This document shows positions 20,098 to 29,441 of a DNA stretch of 64,000 bases, piece after piece. The notes beneath the pieces were generated by a model. It made no database searches and was not told the origin of the DNA. It was given only the letters and a program-made list of their open reading frames with translations. A program made the translations under genes and the position numbers. The DNA is from Candidatus Oxydemutatoraceae bacterium. Lineage in GTDB: Bacteria; Pseudomonadota; Gammaproteobacteria; Poriferisulfidales; Oxydemutatoraceae. Position 1 is the stretch's first letter; each line of letters begins with the position of its first letter. The DNA lies in assembly GCA_965220085.1 (NCBI GenBank), contig CBDCOZ010000001.1:64001-128000 (forward strand), in the 5' to 3' direction.

Positions 20098-20949
20098 TTA
20101 TTGCCCGTCGCCGTCACCCGCAATCCGCGCACGGTCGGTGCGCCGCCGATCGTTTTTCCAAGCGCGGATTCGGTCTCGCGCCATCCGGCAGTATTCGGCG
20201 GAGTTGTCAATGCCGACGTAATCGCGTCCCAATTCCAGCGCCGCCAGCGCGGTTGTCCCGCTTCCCACAAACGGGTCCAAAACGATTTGGGCGGCGGTCG
20301 CCTGTACGCAACGCCGCGCCAGCGCGAGCGGAAACGGCGCGGGGTGCGGGTTGTCGCCACTTTCCTGTCGCAAGTCCCAAACATCGCCCAGCGCGTTTGC
20401 TTTCGGCGCGAGGTTGAATTTCGGCTTGGCGATGAGATACACGCACTCGTAAGTCGGCAAGAAATAGCCGGGATTGAAATTGATTCCGCCCTTGCGCCGC
20501 CAGATAATCACCTGTCGCAGCGGAAACTCCGGCACGATGATTTCCATCGGGTCTTCTGCTAGCCCGGCTTGCGCTCTGGGCTTGTGATTGTAGAAGAGCG
20601 CGCCGGTAGGCTTGAGGACGCGCAGAATCGCCGCGATGCATTGCTGTTGCCAACGGACATACTCGGCGCGCGGCATACAATCGTTGTGGGCGTGATAGCC
20701 GTTGATGAGTTCGGTGCGCGGCCATTTGCCGCCGCTTCCGTTCTTCAGTCCGTTGCCGGTAGAGTTCTTAATATTGTAAGGCGGCGAGGTGACCGCGATG
20801 TCCGCCGACTCCGGCGGCATTTTCTCCAACACGCGGAGGCAATCGCCACAATGAATTTTGTTCAGCCAGCGAGAAAGATTTGCACACTCCGCCGCAACGG
20901 CAGGATTCACGGCGGAAAAAAATTCCATGCTGGAGTTTATCGCGCTCAT
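20098..20949 (-). CDS. N4-C/N6-A DNA methyltransferase (beta class)
   Basis: TSPPY precedes HPAPFP and VLDPFVGSGTT. Confidence 0.93.
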   Translation of the reverse strand: MSAINSSMEFFSAVNPAVAAECANLSRWLNKIHCGDCLRVLEKMPPESADIAVTSPPYNIKNSTGNGLKNGSGGKWPRTELINGYHAHNDCMPRAEYVRWQQQCIAAILRVLKPTGALFYNHKPRAQAGLAEDPMEIIVPEFPLRQVIIWRRKGGINFNPGYFLPTYECVYLIAKPKFNLAPKANALGDVWDLRQESGDNPHPAPFPLALARRCVQATAAQIVLDPFVGSGTTALAALELGRDYVGIDNSAEYCRMARDRIRAWKNDRRRTDRARIAGDGDGQ

Positions 20950-21078
20950 GGCTTTGCCATTCTCACATATCTCGTTGGAAAGTCAAACTTCAGAAGGTCA
21001 AACTTCACTACAGCGGACACTAGAGAGGGCAATCTGCCTGTGCGCTTGCGCCTTTTCCTGAAAGGCCCATTGCGGTAG
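20950..21078 (+). pseudogene. Orphan 3' tail of a FLEGPLR-family gene
   Basis: Ends PVRLRLFLKGPLR*. Followed by the same intergenic block as at 22658. No plausible gene body upstream. Confidence 0.6.
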
Positions 21079-21373
21079 TGCGCGTGACTGCGGCGGAGCA
21101 GGGGAGTATTATGGGGCGCACACGGGAGCGAGGCAGGATATGCAGGCATTTGCATGATTTGCATTTTGTGGTATAGTGCGACAGTTAACTAATTCACAAA
21201 CAGTTTATGGAACATAAACAATACTCAATTGTTTGTGCCTCATTAAAATGTTGTTTGTGTACATGATAAAAATCAGGAGGCATACTATGATTTGTAGCAG
21301 AGCACATAGCATTGAGGGCGCCAACACTCATGGCACAGCCGTGTTCACCGAACAATCCATGAGGAGTAATAGC

Positions 21374-22657
21374 ATGAAACGACAAGTTTTTAATACCCCC
21401 CCCCCCCCCCCCGCACAGTGGCGGGTAACACGAACCCGGCGTAGCCTTTGGGCGCTGTTTGTTGTCTGCGCTCAAGCGCAGGCGCCGACCAACACGACCG
21501 CTACCGGCGAACCGGCGGTGACGGCGGCGGACGGCGCCGACCTGACCATGGCGGGGCCGAATGCGAACAGCACGACCCTCGCACAGCGGGGAGCGACGAT
21601 GATACGGCGTAGCCTCTGGGCGCTGATGTTGCTCGCCTTGATTACCGTACGCGCTCAAGCACAAGCGCAGGACACCGCGCCGGACTTTGGCGATGCGTCG
21701 GTCACCGGTTCGGACCTGATTTGGCTGACCGACCGGGACCTCAATCTGGTCTTGCCCGCGGCCACCGGCGGCAATGGCACCATCACCTACAGCCTGTCGC
21801 CGACTCTGACGTCTGCCACAAGACTCAGATTTGATGCGGCCACCCGCACCATCAGTGGCCGACCGGCTTTTTCTGTCGGCACCAACAACTTCACGCTGAC
21901 GGCCACCGATGCCGATGGCGATACCGATACGCTGACATTCCGCACCAAAGCCGCCGCAGATGCAGTACCGGCCTTTGCCGCTGATGCGAACATAGCCGAC
22001 CAGATGCTGGTGCGCGACAATGCCGTCACCCTGACCCTGCCCGGGGGATCCGGGGGGAATACCCTCCGCACTTCCGATTTCTTGGCATTCTTGGTTCCGC
22101 TCACTTACACGCTGACCCCGGCGTTGCCTGCGGGGCTGACCTTTGATGCGGACGCTCGCACCATCAGCGGTACGCCGACAGCGGCTGCTGCCGAGGCGCA
22201 GTACACCTACAGGGTTGCCGATGGTGACAGCAATACCCTGTCCAGCGATGAATCTACCCTGACTTTCACCATCACCGTAACTTGCGCCAGCGGCGAAACA
22301 CACACCGCCACGGATCTGGCACCGGACTTTGGCAGCGCATCTGTTGAGGATCAGGCCTGGGAAGTGGGCACGGCCATCACCGACCTGACCCTGCCTGCGG
22401 CCTGCGGCGGCAATGGCACTCTCTCGTATGCACTGTCCCCGGCCCTGCCCGCCGGTCTGACCTTTGATGCCGCCAGTCGCACCATCAGCGGCACACCCAC
22501 GGCCGCCGCCCCTGCCGCCACTTACACATATACAGCGGGGGATGGCGACAGCAACACCGCAAGCGGCGATGCGGACACCCTGACCTTTAGCGTAACAGTG
22601 GCAAGTGTGGACATACGCCTGCGCCTGCGCCTGTTTCTTGAAGGCCCGCTGCGATAG
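21374..22657 (+). CDS. Secreted protein with three putative-Ig (He_PIG-like) repeats and a FLEGPLR C-terminus
   Basis: GAGGAG RBS, AQAQA signal-peptide-like ends and LPAGLTFDAxxRTISGTPT repeats. Alternative start at 21599. Confidence 0.85.
   Translation: MKRQVFNTPPPPPAQWRVTRTRRSLWALFVVCAQAQAPTNTTATGEPAVTAADGADLTMAGPNANSTTLAQRGATMIRRSLWALMLLALITVRAQAQAQDTAPDFGDASVTGSDLIWLTDRDLNLVLPAATGGNGTITYSLSPTLTSATRLRFDAATRTISGRPAFSVGTNNFTLTATDADGDTDTLTFRTKAAADAVPAFAADANIADQMLVRDNAVTLTLPGGSGGNTLRTSDFLAFLVPLTYTLTPALPAGLTFDADARTISGTPTAAAAEAQYTYRVADGDSNTLSSDESTLTFTITVTCASGETHTATDLAPDFGSASVEDQAWEVGTAITDLTLPAACGGNGTLSYALSPALPAGLTFDAASRTISGTPTAAAPAATYTYTAGDGDSNTASGDADTLTFSVTVASVDIRLRLRLFLEGPLR
21396..21412 (+). 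repeat. C17 homopolymer tract
   Basis: 17 consecutive C, 22 nt after the ATG at 21374, currently in frame. Confidence 0.9.
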
Positions 22658-22803
22658 CGCGAGCCACCACGGAGCAGGGGAGTATTATGGGGCGCACACG
22701 GGATGCGGCAAGATACAAAGACATTGCGGGATTCGCGTTTTGTGGTAGAGTATGTACTTACTTACAGAGTTTCTCCGGATACAGACTGTCAAGAGACATT
22801 AGT

Positions 22804-23929
22804 ATGGATTGCAAAACTTACGATACGACCCCCGCGCGGCGGGGAGCAACGATGATACGGCGCAACCTCTGCTCGCTGATGCTACCAGCGCTGTTTGTTG
22901 TCTGCGCTCAGGCGCAAGAGCAGATCAACACTGCCGCTGCTACCGGCGAACCGGCGGTGACGGCGGCGGACGGCGGCGGACGGCGCTAATCTGGCTACGG
23001 CGGGCCCCAATGTGAGCAGCACACTGACCGCAACCCGCGGCACCATAGCCGATGCCGATGGCATCACCGCTTTCACCGCCAGCTGGCAGTGGCAGGAGCT
23101 TGAAATTGCGACCGTCTCCACCGCCACTTTCACGGGCAGGACGAAGCGGCTGGACGATTATCTCCTGACCGTTAACTACGCGCCAGCCCCGGCCTATCCC
23201 GCCGCCTTGCGCTCGGCTTTGCACCGCTGGATTGGCGGCGACCCCGATTATTACGCCAACACCGACTTTGCCGGTTCCGAATCGGAAATAGTCAGCTTCT
23301 CCCCGCGCTTTCTGAGCGCGTTGCATCTGAACCCGGTCCTCTTTCCGGAGGATGCCGTTTTCCAATGCCAGCGAAACGCCGCCACAAACAGGGCGGTGCT
23401 TCACTGCTTTTATTCCGAAATTCCGCAGATGCCCAATGTCACCAATATCACCGGCGCCACCTCTGCGACTTTCACTCCCATGCAGGCGCAGGTGGGCAAA
23501 TTCCTCCGCGTCTGCGGCACCTTTGATGATGATGCCGGCAACAGCGAGACGCGTTGCTGGACTTCCGTTGCGAAGGTCAACGTTGCCGCCACCGGCGAAC
23601 CGGCGGTGAACGGCGTCCCAAGAGAGGACAGCCCACTGACCGCAGACATCGGCACGATAGAAGATGACAATGGCATCACTGACATCGCCCCCGCCTGGCA
23701 GTGGCAACAGGGCGACACAGCCGATGGCTCCTTCGCGAACATAGCAGGCGCTACCGCCGCCACCTTCACGCCCATGCAGGCGCATGTGGGCAAATTCCTC
23801 CGCGTCTGCGGCACCTTTGATGATGATGCCGGCAACAGCGAGACGCGTTGCTGGACTTCCGTTGCGGCGGTGCTCCAAGCCGACATACGCTTGCGCTTGC
23901 GCCTCTTCCTGGAAGGCCCGCTGCGATAG
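22804..23929 (+). pseudogene. Frameshifted secreted Ig-like repeat protein with a FLEGPLR C-terminus
   Basis: Removing one copy of the 10-bp duplication CGGCGGCGGA (22961-22980) joins the signal-peptide ORF to ORF 23012-23929. Contains two WQWQ...GAT..TFTP...LRVC...RC modules. Confidence 0.8.
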
Positions 23930-24070
23930 CGCGAGCAACCCGTAGCACTTGCGCGACACACCTCTTCTTGAAGGCTCGCTGCGATAGCGGGCGCCGACCT
24001 GCGTTTCTTTCTCGCGCCATTGCGGGACTCCCGCGCGGGTGTCGGCGCCGATTCGCAGCCATCGCGCGCC

Positions 24071-24997
24071 CTAAGCGCGGCGCTCGATCTCAAGCGACAT
24101 GTCGATCGCTGTGACATCTTTGGTCAGGCTGCCGAGCGAGACAAAGTCGGCGCCGCAGCGTGCGATATCCGCTAAATCGTGTTGCGCTAAGATTTTTTCC
24201 GTGCCCGATATTTCGGTCAAACAGCGCCCGTCAATCAAGGCGATGGCTTGCCGGACTTGCGGCAGGGAAAAGTTGTCAAGCATGATGATGTCCGCGCCGC
24301 TGTCACAGGCTTCGGCGACTTCTTCAAGCGTCTCGGTCTCCGCTTCAACGATGGCGTCGGGGCAGCGCGCGCGCGCCCGCGCGACCGCTTCTGTGATCGA
24401 GCCGCAGGCGCGGATGTGGTTGTCTTTGATCAGTATCATCTCGGACAGGTCAAAGCGGTGGTTGTGCCCGCCGCCGCAAGCGACCGCGTATTTCTGCGCG
24501 ATGCGAAGCCCGGGCAAGGTTTTGCGCGTGTCCAGCAGCAGCGCGGTCGCATCGTCGCCGTGCTCCAAGGCGGCTTTGGCGTCGCGGGTTTTGCTTGCGA
24601 CTCCCGACAAGGTTTGCAGGAAGTTCAGCGCACAGCGCTCGCCGCCGAGGATGGCGCGCAAGGGGCCGCTGATTACGCACAGCGCCTCGCCGGCGCGAAA
24701 TGCCTGTCCGTCTTTGCGGCGCCATGCCACGTCAACCGCCGGGTCGAGCTTGGCAAAGACGGCGTCCGCCCAGAAACATCCGGCGAGCACGCCGGCGGCG
24801 GAACCGGCAACGACGGAGGCGCGACCGATGCGGTCGGCGGCAATCAATGCCGAACTGATGTCGTCGCCTGCGGTATCTTCCGCCAGCGCCGCATCGACGT
24901 TGGCACGGACGGCGTGTGCCAGCCGGTCGGTGATGATGCCGGGTGCGAAGGTGCGGCTGATGATGTCGTGTTTGGCGGGCGGCGCGGGGCGTGTCAT
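24071..24997 (-). CDS. nadC: Quinolinate phosphoribosyltransferase
   Basis: DTRKTLPG, NHR, IKDNH and MLDNF. Confidence 0.95.
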   Translation of the reverse strand: MTRPAPPAKHDIISRTFAPGIITDRLAHAVRANVDAALAEDTAGDDISSALIAADRIGRASVVAGSAAGVLAGCFWADAVFAKLDPAVDVAWRRKDGQAFRAGEALCVISGPLRAILGGERCALNFLQTLSGVASKTRDAKAALEHGDDATALLLDTRKTLPGLRIAQKYAVACGGGHNHRFDLSEMILIKDNHIRACGSITEAVARARARCPDAIVEAETETLEEVAEACDSGADIIMLDNFSLPQVRQAIALIDGRCLTEISGTEKILAQHDLADIARCGADFVSLGSLTKDVTAIDMSLEIERRA

Positions 24998-25665
24998 CGG
25001 TTGTTTTCTCTTGCGAGTTGTTGCCTGAGCATGTTGAGCCGTTCAAGGGTGCCGACATCCATCCAGACGCCGCTGTGGAGTTCGCCGGTGACTACGTTCT
25101 GCGGTATTTTTTCTTTGAGCAGTTCGACCAGCGGCGCGCGCCCGGGCGAGGCGTTGTCAAAGAACGACGGCTTGTAGTAACTGATGCCGGAGAAGGTCAG
25201 CAACTTGCCGCTGTCGGCGGTGATGTGCTTGTCGTCCAAGTAGAAGTCGCCGCCGGGGTTGTGCTCGGGGTTGTCGACCATGACCAGATGCGCTTGGGCG
25301 TTTTCCAGTTGCAACGGGCGGATTGCATAGTCGGTGAAGATGTCGCCGTTGATGACGACGAACGGTTCGCCGCCGAGCCACTCCAAGGCGTTGATGATGC
25401 CGCCGCCGGTTTCCAGCGCGCCCGCCATCTCGTCCGAGTAGGTAATCTTTGCGTTGTAGTCGGAACCTTTGCCGAGTTTCTTGCGAATCATCTCGCCGAG
25501 ATGGCCGAGGTTGATGACGATGTCTTTGATGCCGGCCGCGCGCAGCCGTTTGAGGTGGTATTCGATCAGACACCGGGCGCCGGCCTTGAGCAATACTTTC
25601 GGCGTGTCGTTGGTCAGGGGCCTGAGTCGGGCGCCGCGTCCGGCTGCTAGGATCATCGCTTTCAT
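24994..25665 (-). CDS. murU: MurNAc-1-phosphate uridylyltransferase
   Basis: MKAMILAAGRG.RLRPLT and LETGGGI. Adjacent to amgK. Confidence 0.88.
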   Translation of the reverse strand: MKAMILAAGRGARLRPLTNDTPKVLLKAGARCLIEYHLKRLRAAGIKDIVINLGHLGEMIRKKLGKGSDYNAKITYSDEMAGALETGGGIINALEWLGGEPFVVINGDIFTDYAIRPLQLENAQAHLVMVDNPEHNPGGDFYLDDKHITADSGKLLTFSGISYYKPSFFDNASPGRAPLVELLKEKIPQNVVTGELHSGVWMDVGTLERLNMLRQQLARENNR

Positions 25666-26621
25666 CGTTTCGGCAGGGAGTTTAACAGACGTTGCAGGTT
25701 GCGCAGTATCGGGTCATCGCCGCTGTCCAGTTCGCCGATGTAGGACAAGGTGCGCGGGATGTCTTTGAGGTAGCCGTCTTTGTTGTCGCGGTGATGCAAA
25801 CGGGCGAATATGCCGGCGGCTTTCAGATGCCGTTGCGCGCCCATCAGGTCAAAGTAGCGGATGAATGTGTCGGCGTCCATGTCTGTTTCGGCGCGTTGTA
25901 AGTAGTATGTGACCCAGCCCAGATAGGTCTGCCGCGGCCATTTGACATAGCAGTCTTTGAGCAGGGAGACGAGGTCGTAACTCAGCGGGCCGGCCACCGC
26001 GTCTTGATAGTCTATCGTCGCCATGCGCTGCGCGTCGGCGCATATCAGGTTGCGCGAGTGGTAGTCGCGGTGGACGAAGACGCGCGGTTGCTCCAGAGCG
26101 GTGTCCGCCAGATAGTGATAGGCCTCGCTGAGTTGTCGCAGGTCGCTCTCGCGAAGGTCCGCTTGCAGGTGTTTGATGCAGTACCAGTCGGTGAATAGCT
26201 CGGCCTCTTGTATCAGGGCGCGCTTATCGTACGGCGGCAGTTGTTGCGCGGCGACGGATTGTATCGCGACCAGCATGTCGATCGCTTGGCGGTAGAGGCC
26301 GTCGGCGGTGTCGTCGTTGAGTTGGGTGCCGAGCAGATTATCGCCAAAATCGTCTATCAGCAGAAAGCCGTCGGCGGGCGCGTATGCGCGGATGTGCGGT
26401 ACCGCGATGTGAGCGGCTTCCAGCATCGCGGTGACGGCGACGAAGGCGGCGGGGTTTTCTTTGTCCGGCGGCATGTGTGCTGCGAGCAGGCGACAACCCT
26501 CGCGGGTGATTCTAAAATAGCGGCGGAAACCGGCGTCGCCCGGCAACGCTTGCAACGCGAAATCGTCGTCGCCCCAGGTTTGCCGGAGCCAGTTTTTTAG
26601 TGCATGTGGCGCTGAGTGCAT
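25662..26621 (-). CDS. amgK: Anomeric MurNAc/GlcNAc kinase
   Basis: GDAGFRRYFR, HRDYHSRNL, IDYQDA and QRHLKAAGIFARL. Confidence 0.88.
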   Translation of the reverse strand: MHSAPHALKNWLRQTWGDDDFALQALPGDAGFRRYFRITREGCRLLAAHMPPDKENPAAFVAVTAMLEAAHIAVPHIRAYAPADGFLLIDDFGDNLLGTQLNDDTADGLYRQAIDMLVAIQSVAAQQLPPYDKRALIQEAELFTDWYCIKHLQADLRESDLRQLSEAYHYLADTALEQPRVFVHRDYHSRNLICADAQRMATIDYQDAVAGPLSYDLVSLLKDCYVKWPRQTYLGWVTYYLQRAETDMDADTFIRYFDLMGAQRHLKAAGIFARLHHRDNKDGYLKDIPRTLSYIGELDSGDDPILRNLQRLLNSLPKR

Positions 26622-26682
26622 GGGTCGTATATGATATTGATATGACAGATTGTATTCACAAACCGGATTTGTAAAACATGCG

Positions 26683-28449
26683 ATGACAGAAGAGCGACAA
26701 AATACGGAGATTCGAGACATCGCCACGTTGTCGGACTTGTTCGTCCGCCGTGTCGCGCTGTCGGGCGGGCGGGTTGCGTATCGGCAGCATGACGGCGGCG
26801 AAAACACTTGGCGCGAGTGGCGCTGGGACGATGTGGCGACCGAAGTCGCCCGCTGGCAGCAGGCGCTGTTGGCCGAGGGGCTGGCGCGCGGCGCGCGGCT
26901 TGCCATCATGCTGCCGAACGGGGTGCCTTGGGTGGTGTGCGATCAGGCGGCGCTCGGTTTGGGACTGGCGGTGGTGCCGATTTTCAGCCACGACAATGCG
27001 GGCAATGTCGAATATATCTTGCGTGACTCCGGCAGTGAAATACTCGTTACCGACCGCGCGCGATTTTCTGTGATTGCCAACTTGGAGATAGTGCCGACAC
27101 TCAAGCGTATCGTAGTAATCGATGAAGCCGACAGTCCGGAGTTGCCTAACGCGGTTGCGTTAGATAGCTGGCTGGCGCATAAGCCCGATTCCGTTTTGAC
27201 CGGTGCCGCACCCGATGATATTGCCACACTGGTTTATACATCGGGGACGACCGGTGCGCCCAAGGGGGTTGTGTTGACGCACCATAACTTGCTGTCTAAT
27301 GCGGTTGCGGTGCAGAAGTCATTTCCGATAGGCGCGGATAATCTGTTTTTGTCTTTCTTGCCGCTATCACATATTTTTGAGCGCACCGCAGGCTATTACA
27401 TGACCATGTTGATTGGAGCGGAGGTGGCGTTTGCGCGTTCTATTCAACACCTCAAGGAGGATATGCTGATAATAAAGCCGACCGTGATGTTTGCGGTGCC
27501 GCGCATATTTGAGGGCATGTTGGAGAAGCTCAATGCATCGCTTAGCGGCGCATTGGCGCCTTTGCGCTGGTTGCTGGCGCGGGCGGCGGCGCGGCCGGCG
27601 CCGCGGCGCGGGCTGTGGTTCGGATTGGCGCGCATCGTCGTCGACAGACTCATCGGGCGGCGGTTTCGCAAGGCGTTCGGCGGGCGCATGCGGCATATGG
27701 TGAGCGGCGGCGCGGCGCTGTCGCCCGATGTGGCGCGGGCGTTTATCGCGCTTGGCGTGCCGGTGTATCAGGGCTATGGTTTGACCGAGACTGCGCCGGT
27801 GATTTCGGTAAACCGCCAGCACAGCAATGTGCCGGAAAGCATAGGCCCGCCGATTCACGGCGTGGAAGTCAAGCTCGGTGACGGCGATGAGTTGTTGACG
27901 CGCAGCGAATGTGTGATGCGGGGATATTGGAATTTGCCTGAGGTAACCGCGCAAGCGATAGATGCCGATGGCTGGTTTCATACCGGTGATAGGGCGCGCA
28001 TAGACGCGTATGGACGGTTGTATATCATCGGGCGGATTAAAGAAATTATCGTGATGTCTAACGGTGAGAAAGTGCCGCCGGTTGATATGGAAAATGCGTT
28101 GCTGGCGGATCCTTTGTTTGATCAGGCGATGGTGTGGGGAGAGGGCAAAGCGTTTCTGGTTGCGATATTGGTTTTGAATCCGGATGAGGCGGCAAGTTGC
28201 CCGGGAGACATGACGCCGCAGGCAGACGGTAGCGTGTTAGCGGATGATGCCTTCGGGAAAGAAGTGATGAAACGGGTTTCTTTGCGGTTGAAGGGTTTTC
28301 CATCCTACGCCAAGGTTCGTCGCGTAATTATTGCGCCCGAGCCGTGGACGGTTGAGAACGGTTTTCTGACGCCGACCTTAAAGCTCAAACGGCATAAGAT
28401 TCTTGAACGGTTGGGCAAGCAGATTGAAAGTGCGTATCTTTCAATCTAG
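26683..28449 (+). CDS. Long-chain acyl-CoA synthetase
   Basis: YTSGTTGAPKG, QGYGLTE, GWFHTGD and TPTLKLKR. Confidence 0.92.
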   Translation: MTEERQNTEIRDIATLSDLFVRRVALSGGRVAYRQHDGGENTWREWRWDDVATEVARWQQALLAEGLARGARLAIMLPNGVPWVVCDQAALGLGLAVVPIFSHDNAGNVEYILRDSGSEILVTDRARFSVIANLEIVPTLKRIVVIDEADSPELPNAVALDSWLAHKPDSVLTGAAPDDIATLVYTSGTTGAPKGVVLTHHNLLSNAVAVQKSFPIGADNLFLSFLPLSHIFERTAGYYMTMLIGAEVAFARSIQHLKEDMLIIKPTVMFAVPRIFEGMLEKLNASLSGALAPLRWLLARAAARPAPRRGLWFGLARIVVDRLIGRRFRKAFGGRMRHMVSGGAALSPDVARAFIALGVPVYQGYGLTETAPVISVNRQHSNVPESIGPPIHGVEVKLGDGDELLTRSECVMRGYWNLPEVTAQAIDADGWFHTGDRARIDAYGRLYIIGRIKEIIVMSNGEKVPPVDMENALLADPLFDQAMVWGEGKAFLVAILVLNPDEAASCPGDMTPQADGSVLADDAFGKEVMKRVSLRLKGFPSYAKVRRVIIAPEPWTVENGFLTPTLKLKRHKILERLGKQIESAYLSI

Positions 28450-28458
28450 GTATCCCGT

Positions 28459-29268
28459 TTAGAACTTATAGCCCATCAATTCGATTTCATCGGCAAAATT
28501 TGTTGCCACGAGATCCCTCACTTCCGGGGTATATAGGCTACGGTAGTCTTGCTCGCGGGGAGTTTGCGTCGCTTTGGCCTTTGGGTGTGTACGCCATGCG
28601 CTAAAAGGAATACCCAGCTTGTCGCATACTTGCTCAAACTCCTCGTCCAAATTTTCATATCTGATTATTTTATTGACCAGCGAGTTCCCATTGCGATCGC
28701 TATATAGTCGGTAATTATCTGTGTAATAGCTTTCAGTCCGGATATATCTTTCTACGTATTCTTCCCAGCTCAGTTCCAGACCCTTCTCCGCGCGCTTGTG
28801 CTGCGCCCAGAAATAAAAAGATATCAGTCTGTCCCAAGTGTTTCGCGCAACACAGAACACATGGTAGTCATCCCATATGTTCTTGCCGACCATATCCTTG
28901 ACCTCTCTTGCCGGTATATGGGAATAATCGTCTACGAGTTGGTATTTCCACGGCACGGGCTCATCGTTTTTCAGCAGCAACGGAAGGTCGGGGTTAAAAG
29001 TCGACATTCGCAGGCTGTGTTGCAACTGTAAGATGCCGGATTTTATCGCTCTCCTATCGGCTCGCAAAATTTCTCTCATGGCCGAGCGGCAACCGGTGGC
29101 AACTATGAATCGCTTCCAATTGCGCGCGTAATCCCAGTCATCTTCGTCAATCATGGGAATGATGATATCGCGCTTGCCGCAATGCTTGGACAGGTATAGC
29201 TCAATGCTACTACCGGCTGTTTTGTAAGTTTTGATAAAAATGAATTTATATTTGTGGGAAATGATCAC
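28459..29268 (-). CDS. Sulfotransferase family 2 protein
   Basis: IISHKYKFIFIKTYKTAGSS, RNxWDRxISxY and IRYENL. Confidence 0.85.
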   Translation of the reverse strand: MIISHKYKFIFIKTYKTAGSSIELYLSKHCGKRDIIIPMIDEDDWDYARNWKRFIVATGCRSAMREILRADRRAIKSGILQLQHSLRMSTFNPDLPLLLKNDEPVPWKYQLVDDYSHIPAREVKDMVGKNIWDDYHVFCVARNTWDRLISFYFWAQHKRAEKGLELSWEEYVERYIRTESYYTDNYRLYSDRNGNSLVNKIIRYENLDEEFEQVCDKLGIPFSAWRTHPKAKATQTPREQDYRSLYTPEVRDLVATNFADEIELMGYKF

Positions 29269-29441
29269 GGGCGGTCGGAGTCTCTGCGCTTCGTTATTGT
29301 AGGGGCAAATACGGGGATTGCAATACCGCAGGCTCTTGCGGAGCGGCGGCGGATGGCGGCAGCCGTCGGCTTTGGGCCGCCTGCCGCCTGCGGACAAATA
29401 AAAATGACGCGGCTGTGCGTGTCGTGCTAATATAGAACATC

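Larger units (their letters stand above)
19391..24173. mobile_element. ~4.5-kb accessory islet flanked by diverged direct repeats of the argB/nadC stop-codon junction
   Basis: 19391-19528 resembles 24037-24173 (GGGTGTCGGC...CCTAAGCGCGGC...TCTTTGGTCAGGCT...GAGACAAAGT). No integrase seen. Confidence 0.75.

Noticed and set aside
20569-20949. 169-aa plus-strand ORF ending FLKGPLR as a real gene
   Set aside because: Most of it is antisense to the MTase; only the tail is meaningful.
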